Below, piece after piece: positions 31,273 to 41,221 of a stretch of DNA of 64,000 bases (positions within the stretch are counted from its first letter, which is position 1; each line of letters opens with the position of its first letter). Location: NCBI GenBank assembly GCA_037481835.1, contig JBBFKW010000016.1:32001-96000 (forward strand). Reading direction: 5' to 3'. The notes below the pieces were generated by a model, which searched no databases, had not been told where the DNA came from, and worked only from the letters and a program-made list of their open reading frames with translations. Origin of the DNA: Desulfosoma sp. Its GTDB lineage: Bacteria; Desulfobacterota; Syntrophobacteria; Syntrophobacterales; DSM-9756. Both the position numbers and the translations under genes were made by a program.

Positions 31273-32254
31273 TGGGAACCTCCGAGGCCTTCTTCTTGGT
31301 ATCCGGTTGGGGGGCTTCCGTGGGGACGAGCGGCCTTTTGGCGGTTCGGCTCAGGATCGAGCCCCATAGGCCGTCGGGAAGGAAGACCACACTGAACGCG
31401 ATGAGGGCTCCGAGGATGATGAGATACAGAACCTGGTAGTCGGAAAGATAGGCCCAGAAGTAGGTCTTGAAAGAAAAGAGGACAATGGAGCCGAGAACGG
31501 GGCCGATCAAGGTACCCAGTCCTCCGAAGACAGCCATGACCACGGCCTGGTCGGTGATGATGTCTCCCAGGGTGGAGGCGGGGTCGATGTAGGTGATCCA
31601 GTACGCGTAGATTCCTCCGATGATCCCCGCCGGGCACGCAGACAGGATAAAGGCTTGGATTTTGATACGGGCGGGGTTGAGACCCAGCGCCATGGCTCCG
31701 GCTTCATTTTCCCGAATGGCTTTCAGTTTGAGTCCGAATGGGGCTGTTTCCAGGAGATACCACAGAAGAAAGAAAACGGCCGCCGTGACCGACAACATGG
31801 CGTAGTAGAAAAATTGGGGATGCAGGAACGGCGGCAGCCGCATGCCGTCGGGCCCTCCGGTGATTTCCAAAATCAAAGCCACCTGTTGGACCGCTCGGGC
31901 CAGCGCCCACGTGGCGATGGCAAAATAAGCCCCTTTGAGGCGCAGGGTGGGGATTCCCGCGATGAAAGCCGCCACCGCGGCCACCAGGCCTCCCGCCGCC
32001 ACGGCGAGTGGGAAAGGCCAGCCTCCATGTCCCATGAGGATCGCCGTCGTATAGGCTCCCAGGCCGAAAAAGGCTCCATGACCGAAATTCAGGTAACCCG
32101 TGTATCCAGCCAAAACGTCCCATGTGATGGCCAGCCCGATCCACATGACGGCTTCCGTTAGGACGCGCAAGTAGAACGTATCGTGAACGATCAAAGGGAT
32201 AGAGGCCAGCAGGGCTGTCATGGCGACGGCCCAAAGAATCACCTTCCGGGGCAT
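31265..32254 (-). CDS. LIV-type ABC permease (LivM-like)
   Basis: GYTGYLNFGHGAFFGLGAY, LRLKGAYFAIAT, AIRENE. Confidence 0.92.
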   Translation of the reverse strand: MPRKVILWAVAMTALLASIPLIVHDTFYLRVLTEAVMWIGLAITWDVLAGYTGYLNFGHGAFFGLGAYTTAILMGHGGWPFPLAVAAGGLVAAVAAFIAGIPTLRLKGAYFAIATWALARAVQQVALILEITGGPDGMRLPPFLHPQFFYYAMLSVTAAVFFLLWYLLETAPFGLKLKAIRENEAGAMALGLNPARIKIQAFILSACPAGIIGGIYAYWITYIDPASTLGDIITDQAVVMAVFGGLGTLIGPVLGSIVLFSFKTYFWAYLSDYQVLYLIILGALIAFSVVFLPDGLWGSILSRTAKRPLVPTEAPQPDTKKKASEVPNG

Positions 32255-32257
32255 GAA

Positions 32258-33142
32258 TCAAACTCCCTTCCTGAAGAGCCCAGTGGGTGAGATGAGCAAG
32301 ATCGCGTAAAGAATGGCGAAGACGGCCAAGAGCGTATAAGCCGGGCTGAGGTAGATGAGGAAGAAGGATTGCACGAAGCCGAGGAGAAAGGCGGCCCACG
32401 GGACGCCCGCCAAATAGCCCATTCCCGCCAAGACGACGACGAAAAAGGCGAAGACCGTGAGATCGGGGCCCATTTGGGCGCTGATGGAAAAAATGCACCC
32501 GAAAATGGTTCCCGTCATGGCACTGATGGCCACATAGAGCCCGTAGACATGGGAACTGACACGCTTGGCGTTGATTCCCATGAGTCCCGCCGATTCCTTG
32601 TGCTGGGCCAGGGCCTGGACGGCAAGGCCGAAATCGGTCTTTTTCAGCAGGTAATGAAGGCCCACGGTCACCGCCAAGGCATAGCTCAAGCCTGCAAAGC
32701 GAATCACGGGGATGGTCACGAAGAAATTGCCGGATTGAAAGAACCAGGACCCTTTAGCGAGGGCGGACGAAATGGATCGGGAAAAGAAACCGAACCCCGT
32801 CAAAGCCAGCCCTCGAAACATAAGCGCCAAACCGAAGGTGAACACCAACCCCATCAAGACGGGGTTCCCCCGACGACCGCTGAGGACGCGATGGATGAGC
32901 GGCTGCAGGCAAAACCCGACGATGTAGAAAACCAAGAAAATGATCGGCAGATAGAGGAAAGGTTCCCAGCCGAACCATTGGTTCAGGTAATAACCGAGGA
33001 AGGCGCCCAACATGATCCATTCGCCAACAGCGAAGTCAATGATGTGCATGACGCCGTAGGCGAGGGAAAAACCGATGGCGATGGTGATGTAGATGCCTCC
33101 GATGAGGAGCCCATCCACGATGGCCTGTGGCAAAAGCAGCAT
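32258..33142 (-). CDS. LIV-type ABC permease (LivH-like)
   Basis: GLLIGGIY..AIGFSLAYGVM, KTDFG, GIN. Start after GGAG. Confidence 0.9.
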   Translation of the reverse strand: MLLLPQAIVDGLLIGGIYITIAIGFSLAYGVMHIIDFAVGEWIMLGAFLGYYLNQWFGWEPFLYLPIIFLVFYIVGFCLQPLIHRVLSGRRGNPVLMGLVFTFGLALMFRGLALTGFGFFSRSISSALAKGSWFFQSGNFFVTIPVIRFAGLSYALAVTVGLHYLLKKTDFGLAVQALAQHKESAGLMGINAKRVSSHVYGLYVAISAMTGTIFGCIFSISAQMGPDLTVFAFFVVVLAGMGYLAGVPWAAFLLGFVQSFFLIYLSPAYTLLAVFAILYAILLISPTGLFRKGV

Positions 33143-33266
33143 GATGCGGCAACTCCGGATCGGGTTAATGTCCGGATCGGACCTGGACCCGCGACGCAGA
33201 CCTGAGGCGGGGATCCGCAAACCGTGGCTCGCGGGCCGTCGAAGACCTTCGGCGAGATTGACGGCA

Positions 33267-33298
33267 GGAGGGGCACGGTTCATGCGCCGTGCCCCTCC
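33267..33298. repeat. REP-like palindrome between the SBP and permease genes
   Basis: ggaggggcacgg-N8-ccgtgcccctcc, 12-bp perfect stem. Confidence 0.6.
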
Positions 33299-33350
33299 AC
33301 GGCCTAAGGTTCACGAGCCCGCAACGCCACCGACACGGGGAAGGCGCCTC

Positions 33351-34589
33351 CTAGCGTTCCTTCCAGGCCTTCAGGGGGTAAATGGGCGCGTTTTCCGCAT
33401 GCTCCTTGGGGCCGACGATCTTCACATGGCCTCCTTGGATTTGAATGGTCAGCGGGGTCAGGCCCACGTTGGCGTGATAGTATTCCCCTTCGTCGGCGAA
33501 GTTGATCTTCCCGTAAAAGGTGTCGATATCCAGCTGTTCAAGGGCCTTAACCAGCGCCTCGCGTTCTTCTTCGGACAAGGGCGGTGTGGCCTTGATCTTC
33601 TGGACGGCTGCCTGGAAGGCAATGCCAGCTGCCGAAGACCCCGCTTGGGTGTAATCGGCGGGGACGTTAAAGGCCTTCAAGGCCGCCTGGGCATAAGTCG
33701 GAGCATCCGGCCAAATGAGGGTTCCGTGCGTCTTCAGGCTCCCCGTCCAGACGGATCCCCCGAAAACCCCTTCCGCGTCCTTTCCCAAGGCTTCGATGAA
33801 GGCAGGCTCCGTCACGCCGTAGTGCATCAAGAGGGCTTTGGGCGTGTAGTCGATTTGGCGGAGAGCCTTGACGAGGTTAATGAGTTCTTCATCGTGGCCG
33901 CCGAAGGCGATGAGGTCCGGCCGCGTGGCCTTGGCCACCGACATGTAGGGCGTGAGGTCTTGGCCCGCCGGGACGATGTCGAACTTCAAGACCTTGATGC
34001 CTCGGGCTTCGGCGGCGGCCTTGAAGGCTTCCGCGGTCGCTTTGGAAAAGGCGTCGTTGGATCCCAAGATAATGGCCGTTTTCGGTGCCGGATCAAGGGT
34101 CATAAGGGTTTCGATGGGCACGGACCCCGTGTAGTTGACCGGCGGGATGGTCCCGAAAGTGTAGCGGAACTTCTGCCGCCAAATGAGCGGCGATTCGGCG
34201 GATCCGGTGATCATCGGGATGCGGTACTTTTCCAATACGGGGGCGCAGGCAAGGGTGACCCCGGAAGAGTATGGCCCCAGGACGAAGTCGACCTTTTCCT
34301 GTGTTGCCAGGCGTTCTGCGGCAGACGCCCCGACGGCGGGTTCCGATTGGGCGTCGGCGTAGAAAAGCTTTACGGGGTATTTCTTCCCGTCGATTTCGAT
34401 CCCGCCCTGCTCGTTGACTGCCTGGGCCCACAAATCGTAGCCGCGCTTGGTCACGTTGCCGCCTGTGGCCAAGTCCCCGGAAAGGGAAGTGATGACCCCG
34501 ATCTTGAAAAAGTCCCGGGTTTCTTCGGCGCCGACGGAGCCGATAAAAGCGCAAACGAGGACGAGGCAAAAAACCAAAACTCTTTTCAT
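33351..34589 (-). CDS. Amino acid ABC transporter substrate-binding protein (LivK family)
   Basis: Signal peptide, KIGVITSLSG, VNEQGGI, LGPYSS. Confidence 0.92.
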   Translation of the reverse strand: MKRVLVFCLVLVCAFIGSVGAEETRDFFKIGVITSLSGDLATGGNVTKRGYDLWAQAVNEQGGIEIDGKKYPVKLFYADAQSEPAVGASAAERLATQEKVDFVLGPYSSGVTLACAPVLEKYRIPMITGSAESPLIWRQKFRYTFGTIPPVNYTGSVPIETLMTLDPAPKTAIILGSNDAFSKATAEAFKAAAEARGIKVLKFDIVPAGQDLTPYMSVAKATRPDLIAFGGHDEELINLVKALRQIDYTPKALLMHYGVTEPAFIEALGKDAEGVFGGSVWTGSLKTHGTLIWPDAPTYAQAALKAFNVPADYTQAGSSAAGIAFQAAVQKIKATPPLSEEEREALVKALEQLDIDTFYGKINFADEGEYYHANVGLTPLTIQIQGGHVKIVGPKEHAENAPIYPLKAWKER

Positions 34590-34654
34590 GGAACGCCTCC
34601 TGTGCCGTTAAGGGGAAAACCTCTCAACCATCCCATGACCATTCACTTAAATGA

Positions 34655-34671
34655 AGCAACATCCATACCGG
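34655..34671 (-). promoter_or_regulatory. Sigma54 (-24/-12) promoter for the ABC operon
   Basis: CCGGTATGGATGTTGCT = GG-N10-GC, about 65 bp upstream of the SBP start. Confidence 0.6.
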
Positions 34672-34751
34672 GAAACATGAGGGCCACGATCGGTTTTTCC
34701 CATAAGGATGCCTTACCGCAGCCGGTCGGCCCCCTTTCCGCAATCTATGCA

Positions 34752-36632
34752 TTAGGGCATAGGGCTGTTCAGTCTTTGGGGGCGGTCCGATCCCAGGCCG
34801 TATTTTTTCATTTTTCGGGACACCGTGGACTGGTTGATGCCCAGCTTTCTCGCAACGGTCCACTGCGAGCCGTAGGTTTCCAGGGCCCTGGTCAGAATGC
34901 GGTATTCGGCGGCTTCCAGGAGGGCTTTGAGAGAGGTGCCTTCCAGGGGGATCTCTTCGGCCCCTTCCCGGTCCCCTGGGCGGCACACGACGTTTTGGGG
35001 CAAATCGTCCAGCCGGATAGGGTTGTTTTCGCACATCACCGCAAGACGCTCGCACAGGTTGACCAGTTCTCGGACGTTTCCCGGATAGTCGTAGGCGGTG
35101 AGCGCATCCGCCGCCTCCCGGCTCAATCGAAGGGCCGGCTTTTGGAGTTTGGTGCAAAAACGTTCCAGATAGTGCTGAAGCATGGGAAAGATGCACTCCC
35201 GCCGTTCCCGCAAGGGGGGGATCCACAAGGGGATGACGTTCAGGCGGTAATAGAGGTCCTTTCGGAATTCACCTCGATCAACCATGGCAGCCAGGTCTCG
35301 GTTCGTGGCAGCAAGGATGCGCACATCCAACTTGCGGCTCGTGGTCCCGCCGACCCGGGTGATTCGCCCGTCTTCCAAAAAGCGCAGGAGTTTCACTTGG
35401 GACGCTAGGGGCAGTTCGGAAACTTCATCCAGAAGAAGGGTTCCTCCGTCGGCCGCCTCGAAATAGCCGGGCTTGCCGCTCTGGCGGGCTCCGGTAAAGG
35501 CGCCGCGTTCGTAGCCGAAAAGTTCCGCCTCGATGAGGGTTTCCGGAATGGCACCGCAGTTGATGCGAATCATGGGGTGCTGGGCGCGGGGAGAAAACTT
35601 GTGGATAATGTCCGCAATCAGGCCCTTGCCAACGCCGGATTCGCCATGGAGGAGCACGGTGGAGTCGACGGCGCTCACCTTCAAGGCTTGGTGCAACACG
35701 TTGACCATGGCAGGGCTTCGCGCGATGATCTCATGGTCGTGAAGGCGCGCCAGCTGCATGTCCACGATCTGGTTTTTGTATTGGTCCTTGAGGGCTTTTT
35801 CCTGTTCGAGGCTCTTGTAGAGGGCGTCGATTTCCGTGATGTCCCGTTCGTTGACGACGATGAGGGACAATCGACCGCTCTCGTCAAAGACGGGGCTTCC
35901 GGTAAGCATGAGTTTGCGGCCATTTCGGGTGTTTTGAAGGAGGTTGACGACGCGGCCCGTGCGGATGACTTCCAAGGTGGCCGAACAATCCACAAGGCCT
36001 TCTTCCACCAGCTGCCGCATGTTCCGGCCCACCACATCCTGGGCCTTCAGGGCATTAAGGCGTTCCGAGGCGCGGTTGATCCGCAGAACGGTTCCCTCGC
36101 CGTCACAAATCCAGAGCCCGTCGTAGGAGGAGTCGATGATGGCGTCCAGTTCGCGGGAAAGGTTCTGGTAGGACAACAGGGCGCGGGTCACGTCCTCCAA
36201 TTGCAGGCTGTTTTGGAAATGGCACAAGACACCCGGACCGAAGGGGGGACTTTCGAGGGGGCTGATGCGCACCATATAGCGAATTGCGCGGGCATCCTGA
36301 ATACATCCATACCGAACGGCGCCGTCCCTCAGCGTGGCGGACGCTTCGTGCCACACAGCCGGAAAGATCGTTTCAAGATTCGCTCCTTCGGCGATCCCTA
36401 GAAGTTCCCGGCAGGCTTTGTTGACCACGGTGATCGTCTTGGAGGGGTTTGCGGCCAAAAGAGGGTCCCCCATGGCGTCCAAGAGCCGCATGCCGAGGTC
36501 GTCCCAAGGGCGGTCGGATTCCTTTTCCGTCGGTACGTGGGAAAAATATGCTTTCGCCGAGGCCTCCACCACCGTGCGCTCCATCTGGAAGGAAGAAATC
36601 GTCCTTATCAAGTCCGCTCTGGCCCATGCCAT
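34752..36632 (-). CDS. PAS-domain sigma54-dependent activator (bEBP)
   Basis: GESGVGK, GAFTGA, LLDEV, YPGNVREL, C-terminal HTH, PAS domains. Confidence 0.95.
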   Translation of the reverse strand: MAWARADLIRTISSFQMERTVVEASAKAYFSHVPTEKESDRPWDDLGMRLLDAMGDPLLAANPSKTITVVNKACRELLGIAEGANLETIFPAVWHEASATLRDGAVRYGCIQDARAIRYMVRISPLESPPFGPGVLCHFQNSLQLEDVTRALLSYQNLSRELDAIIDSSYDGLWICDGEGTVLRINRASERLNALKAQDVVGRNMRQLVEEGLVDCSATLEVIRTGRVVNLLQNTRNGRKLMLTGSPVFDESGRLSLIVVNERDITEIDALYKSLEQEKALKDQYKNQIVDMQLARLHDHEIIARSPAMVNVLHQALKVSAVDSTVLLHGESGVGKGLIADIIHKFSPRAQHPMIRINCGAIPETLIEAELFGYERGAFTGARQSGKPGYFEAADGGTLLLDEVSELPLASQVKLLRFLEDGRITRVGGTTSRKLDVRILAATNRDLAAMVDRGEFRKDLYYRLNVIPLWIPPLRERRECIFPMLQHYLERFCTKLQKPALRLSREAADALTAYDYPGNVRELVNLCERLAVMCENNPIRLDDLPQNVVCRPGDREGAEEIPLEGTSLKALLEAAEYRILTRALETYGSQWTVARKLGINQSTVSRKMKKYGLGSDRPQRLNSPMP

Positions 36633-36744
36633 ATCGCATAGCCTATGCCGAAGCGCATGGTCAAGCCTGGTGTGTGGGGACGTTTCTTGCAGCGCCTTTT
36701 GCGCTTGACTGGCCTAGGCCTTCAGGCATGGCGAGCGGCGAGTA

Positions 36745-36761
36745 TTGGTATGCTCCTTGTT
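36745..36761 (+). promoter_or_regulatory. Possible sigma54 promoter for gabT-aor (variant -12)
   Basis: TTGGTATGCTCCTTGTT = GG-N10-GT. Confidence 0.35.
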
Positions 36762-36820
36762 AGGTGAGCGGTTCGGCACCTTTTCCGTTGCACGATCCTG
36801 CCTTGAGAAAGGAGTTCAGC

Positions 36821-38125
36821 ATGACCGGATTGTCAAGCGCTCTAATCGAAAGAAGAAACCGCAACGTTCCTCAGGGACCTTTCAATGTGACGCCGGCTTT
36901 CATCAAAGAAGCCCGAGGGGCCGTCTTGATCGACGTGGATGGCCGGGAACTCATCGACTTTGCAGGCGGCATTGGTGTCATGAATGTCGGCCATTCCCAT
37001 CCCAAGGTGGTGGCCGCCTTGAAGGATCAGGCGGAGAAGTTCACGCACACCTGTTTTCACGTGGCCATGTATGAACCCTACGTGGCGCTTGCCGAACGGT
37101 TGAATGCTCTGGCCCCGGGCGATTTTTCCAAGATGACCCTCTTTGCCAACAGCGGTGCGGAGGCGGTGGAAAACGCGGTCAAAATCGCTCGATACGCGAC
37201 GCAAAGGCCGGCCGTCATTTGCTTTGAAAACGGCTTTCACGGTCGAACGCTGCTCACCATGACGCTGACCAGCAAGGTCAAACCCTACAAGCTGGGTTTC
37301 GGGCCCTTCGCTCCGGAAGTCTATCGCATGCCCTATGCCTACTGTTACCGATGTCCGTTCCGTCTGCATTACCCCGGCTGCGACGTTGCCTGCGCCGATT
37401 ACCTTGAAGAGTTTTTCATCTCCCATGTGGCTGCGGAATGCACGGCGGCCGTCATCGCCGAACCCATTCAGGGAGAGGGGGGATTTGTCACGCCACCTCC
37501 GGAATATTTCGCCAAACTTCAAAGGATTTGCCAAAAATATGGCATCCTGCTTATCATCGACGAAGTCCAATCGGCCATGGGCCGCACGGGAAAACTCTTC
37601 GCCATCGAACACTGGGGCGTCGTTCCCGACCTGATGACCCTCGCCAAGAGCTTGGCGGCGGGCATGCCGTTGAGCGCCGTGGTCGGTCGGGCCGAACTCA
37701 TGAACAAACCCCACGTGGGCGGCCTGGGCGGCACCTACGGCGGGAACCCTCTGGGATGCCGGGCGGCTCTGGCCGTGCTGGAAATCCTCTTGGACGACGG
37801 CCTGCTCAAGACGGCCGAAGCCTTGGGCGCAAAGGTCCGAAGCGCCTTCAACCGGTTGCAGGAGTCCTACGAAATCATCGGGGATGTGCGGGGCAAGGGG
37901 CCCATGCTCGCCATGGAACTGGTCCGGGACCGGGAAACCAAGGAACCGGCGACGGACGAGGCCAAGAAACTTGTGAATCTCTGCTACCAAAAAGGGCTTG
38001 TGCTGCTTAGCTGCGGCAATTTCGGAAATGTCATCCGAACCCTGATGCCTCTCGTGATCACCGATGAACAATTGGATCGGGGCATGGCCATCTTGGAAGA
38101 ATCCTTGAGGGAACTGACCCGTTGA
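36821..38125 (+). CDS. gabT: 4-aminobutyrate/5-aminovalerate aminotransferase (class III PLP)
   Basis: IDFAGGIGV, NSGAEAVENAVKIAR, FHGRT, EPIQGEGG, DEVQ, AKSL, GGTYGGNP. Confidence 0.92.
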   Translation: MTGLSSALIERRNRNVPQGPFNVTPAFIKEARGAVLIDVDGRELIDFAGGIGVMNVGHSHPKVVAALKDQAEKFTHTCFHVAMYEPYVALAERLNALAPGDFSKMTLFANSGAEAVENAVKIARYATQRPAVICFENGFHGRTLLTMTLTSKVKPYKLGFGPFAPEVYRMPYAYCYRCPFRLHYPGCDVACADYLEEFFISHVAAECTAAVIAEPIQGEGGFVTPPPEYFAKLQRICQKYGILLIIDEVQSAMGRTGKLFAIEHWGVVPDLMTLAKSLAAGMPLSAVVGRAELMNKPHVGGLGGTYGGNPLGCRAALAVLEILLDDGLLKTAEALGAKVRSAFNRLQESYEIIGDVRGKGPMLAMELVRDRETKEPATDEAKKLVNLCYQKGLVLLSCGNFGNVIRTLMPLVITDEQLDRGMAILEESLRELTR

Positions 38126-38193
38126 AGACCCAAGGGTCTGAATGAAATATGGGAACGGCATTAGATGGCTTCGGGCAAGTAAAAGGGGGGCGT

Positions 38194-39948
38194 ATGAAAG
38201 GGTTTTTCGGCCGCTATCTCGTGATTGATGTGAAGGAGACCCGGTGGGACGTGGTGCCGCTGGACGAGGCGCTTCTTCGCCGCAGTCTTGGAGGAAAGGG
38301 GCTGGCCACCCGGTTGCTTTTGGAAAGAAACCCCGCAGGGGTCGATCCCCTGTCGCCCGACAACCACCTCATCTTTGCCCTGGGTCCGGCAAGTGATACG
38401 GCCGTCTACGGCTCCTGCCGGCACGGGATCTTTGCCAAATCCCCCCTGACGGGGTTTTACGGCGAGTCCTATTCCGGAGGGCGGGTGGCCATTCCCATGA
38501 GCCGCACGGGTTACGACGCCATAGTGATCCGAGGGGCGTCCGCATCTCCCGTGTGGCTTGAAATTTCGGATATGGAGGTGCGCTTCCACGACGCCTCCGA
38601 CCTGTGGGGCCTGGACACCTTTGAGACGGAAGACCGCGTGCTGGAAAGAGCCGGAATGGACGGGGCGGGCGCCGTGGTCATCGGTCCTGCCGGGGAAAAT
38701 TTGGTCCGCTACGCCGTTGTGGAAAACGACTACTGGCGGTCGGCGGGACGCTGCGGCATGGGGGCGGTCCTCGGATCCAAGAAGATCAAAGCCGTGGTGT
38801 TTCACGGCACGCGATCGCGGCCGGTGGCCGATGAAGAAGGCATCAAGACCTACGCTCGAGAAATGGTCAAGAATCTTAAGGACCACAAGGCGACCCAGGC
38901 GTACCGCACCCACGGCACGCCCATGATGGTGGCTTTGCTCAACACGGTGGGAGGGTTCCCCACCCGGTACTGGGCCAAAGGCACCTTCGAACATTGGAAG
39001 AAAATCAGCGCCGAAATCCTGGTGGATCGGTTGGGGGCACGCCCCAAGGCGTGCCGCACGTGCTTCATGGGGTGCGGTAAGTATGTGGAAATCCAGGAGG
39101 GCCGCCACAAGGGGCTAAAGATCGAAGGGCCCGAATATGAAACCATTTATGCCTTCGGCGGCCTGTGCGAAATCGATGCGCTGGATGAAATCGCCCACCT
39201 GAACGATCTGTGTGACCGTCTGGGCATGGACACCATCACGGCGGGAAACATGGCGGCCTTTGCCATCGAAGCCTCCCGACGCGGCGTGATCCGCGAGCGG
39301 CTCGATTATGGGGACGTGGACGCCATCGCCGATCTCCTGGTAAAAATCGCCAAACGGGAAGGAATCGGCGATCTCCTTTCCCAGGGAATCCGTCCGGCGG
39401 CCGCGGAGCTCAAGCTGGAAGAGCTGGCCGTGCACGTCAAAGGCTTGGAACCCGCCGGCTATGACCCCCGTGCCCTCAAGGGCATGGGCCTGGCCTACGC
39501 GGTGAGCGACCGCGGAGCATGCCACCTTCGGGCCACATTTTACAAAGCCGAACTGGCCGGGTTGATCGATCCCCAAAAGATCGAAGGGAAAGCCGAGCTT
39601 TTTTTGGATTTCGAAGACCGATGCACGCTCTTTGACTGCCTTGTCCTGTGCCGTTTCTACAGGGATTTTTACCCTTGGGAGGAGCTTGCTAAGATCATTG
39701 AACTGACCACGGGCGAACACATGGAAAAGGCCGATCTGCAGAAGATCGCCTCCTTTGTTGTGGACAGTGCGCGCCAATTCAATCTGCGGGAAGGTCTGAC
39801 CGCGGCCGACGATCGCCTTCCCCGAAGGCTTCTCGAGGAGCCTTTGGAAGACGGCCGACGCATCACCCAAGAAGAAATGCAGCGGCTCGTCCAAGATTAT
39901 TATCGGCTCAGAGGCTGGAATTCCCAAGGCGTGCCGTCCGTGACATAG
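38194..39948 (+). CDS. aor: Aldehyde:ferredoxin oxidoreductase family (W/Mo)
   Basis: KSPLTG, IGPAGEN, GAVLGSKKIKA, CRTCFMGC, EGPEYET, DRLGMD, RGACH. Confidence 0.93.
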   Translation: MKGFFGRYLVIDVKETRWDVVPLDEALLRRSLGGKGLATRLLLERNPAGVDPLSPDNHLIFALGPASDTAVYGSCRHGIFAKSPLTGFYGESYSGGRVAIPMSRTGYDAIVIRGASASPVWLEISDMEVRFHDASDLWGLDTFETEDRVLERAGMDGAGAVVIGPAGENLVRYAVVENDYWRSAGRCGMGAVLGSKKIKAVVFHGTRSRPVADEEGIKTYAREMVKNLKDHKATQAYRTHGTPMMVALLNTVGGFPTRYWAKGTFEHWKKISAEILVDRLGARPKACRTCFMGCGKYVEIQEGRHKGLKIEGPEYETIYAFGGLCEIDALDEIAHLNDLCDRLGMDTITAGNMAAFAIEASRRGVIRERLDYGDVDAIADLLVKIAKREGIGDLLSQGIRPAAAELKLEELAVHVKGLEPAGYDPRALKGMGLAYAVSDRGACHLRATFYKAELAGLIDPQKIEGKAELFLDFEDRCTLFDCLVLCRFYRDFYPWEELAKIIELTTGEHMEKADLQKIASFVVDSARQFNLREGLTAADDRLPRRLLEEPLEDGRRITQEEMQRLVQDYYRLRGWNSQGVPSVT

Positions 39949-40272
39949 GGCAAACCCATGGATGACCATAGTAAAAGGATTTAAACCTTGCCATCACGGG
40001 GGCTGTTCCTAGGACCAAACGACAAAGTTTCTTTCAAGGTCGCCAGAATCCAGGGACAAATAAAGCACTGGCGAAATTCGAGAGAATGACTGGGCGATAT
40101 ATATGGGGAATTTCCCCCGTAAAAAACCGTCATCAGGATATTCCCGCTCACTATATCAACACCAGTCGTCAGTTGATGGCTTGGATCGTCAACGTGTACA
40201 GCATGCGGCGTTTTATAACTTTTGCAGGCTCCGCCTGTTCTCACAAGATAAATATCCCTGCAACAGCACAGG

Positions 40273-40560
40273 TTGGAAAATTCGGAAACCTTGGCTGTCA
40301 TGCTGACAGGCATGTATCTGACGAAGGATATTTTGCAAAAAACTATAAATGGTGCCGACATTCTAGCCAACGCTGGCGGGGCCTGCGTATCCTATTTCGA
40401 AGCGATTCAAAATGTTCGTCAGCTTTTACAGACAGAAAGCGATACCAACGCGTCCATCAAATCAAGAAAAGAGCCTTTCAAGGAGGCTGCACTGTCACTA
40501 TTCGGGGAAAAGTATGCATTTGTACGGCTGCCCACATACGCCATTCAGCACGTGGTGTGA
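40273..40560 (+). pseudogene. Degraded C-terminal remnant of a Glu/Leu/Phe/Val dehydrogenase
   Basis: DILANAGGACVSYFEAIQN matches the GDH motif PDILANAGGVxVSYFEWxQN; upstream frames are broken. Confidence 0.6.
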
Positions 40561-40650
40561 GCGAAAAAGCCGCGAGGGACGTTTTCGTGGCAATGGCATA
40601 GGCGCTCTACTTTGTTGATCTCTCAGTGTCATCCAAAAGAGGAGAGCATT

Positions 40651-41148
40651 ATGAAATCAGGACTACCAATCGAATTGGTCGTTCCGGTGCTGGCCGCACT
40701 ATCGTGCCTTTTAATGAAGGTGGGAGGAGGCCTTCCTGTTTGGGCGGTCTTTCTTGGATGGGCGTGGTATTTTGCTATGGGAGCCACTCCCTCGATTTTA
40801 AAAAAGATTTATCCCGCAGTGATACCTGGATCAGTTCTTGGCGGGCTCTGTCTTTGGCTCATTGGAGCACTGCACAATCTAGGAATTGGGGGCATGCCCG
40901 GCATTATGCTGGCAGTGTTCGTTACCGTATTTATTCTCATGCTTTTCCTGAGGATACCATTAACCAGTGCCGGTCTTCCTGCTTTTAATGCCTACTCTAC
41001 TGTGTTTGCGCTTTATGCTATTCCCAATGGATTTCCTTCTATTGGGGGCAACCCGATTTTAGGCTGTATCGTTTGGGGTATGATAGCCAATTTTCTCGGT
41101 CCTGTGTTCGGTTTTTTAAGTATTTATTTATTGTTCAAGAAAGAATGA
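40651..41148 (+). CDS. DUF1097 family membrane protein
   Basis: GAGGAG SD; WAVFLGWAWYFAMG; about 5-6 hydrophobic helices. Confidence 0.75.
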   Translation: MKSGLPIELVVPVLAALSCLLMKVGGGLPVWAVFLGWAWYFAMGATPSILKKIYPAVIPGSVLGGLCLWLIGALHNLGIGGMPGIMLAVFVTVFILMLFLRIPLTSAGLPAFNAYSTVFALYAIPNGFPSIGGNPILGCIVWGMIANFLGPVFGFLSIYLLFKKE

Positions 41149-41221
41149 TGGTCTATAAAAGTCCTTTGTGCTTCGTCGATGCTTTCCATTTTGTTTTTCC
41201 GCAAAGGCTAGGAGTATGTCC

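Noticed and set aside
40349..40358. ATGGTGCCGA matching the tRNA-Leu 3' end, a possible att duplicate bounding the AT-richer block
   Set aside because: Only 10 bp, it lies inside the gdh-like remnant, and no integrase is present. Likely chance.
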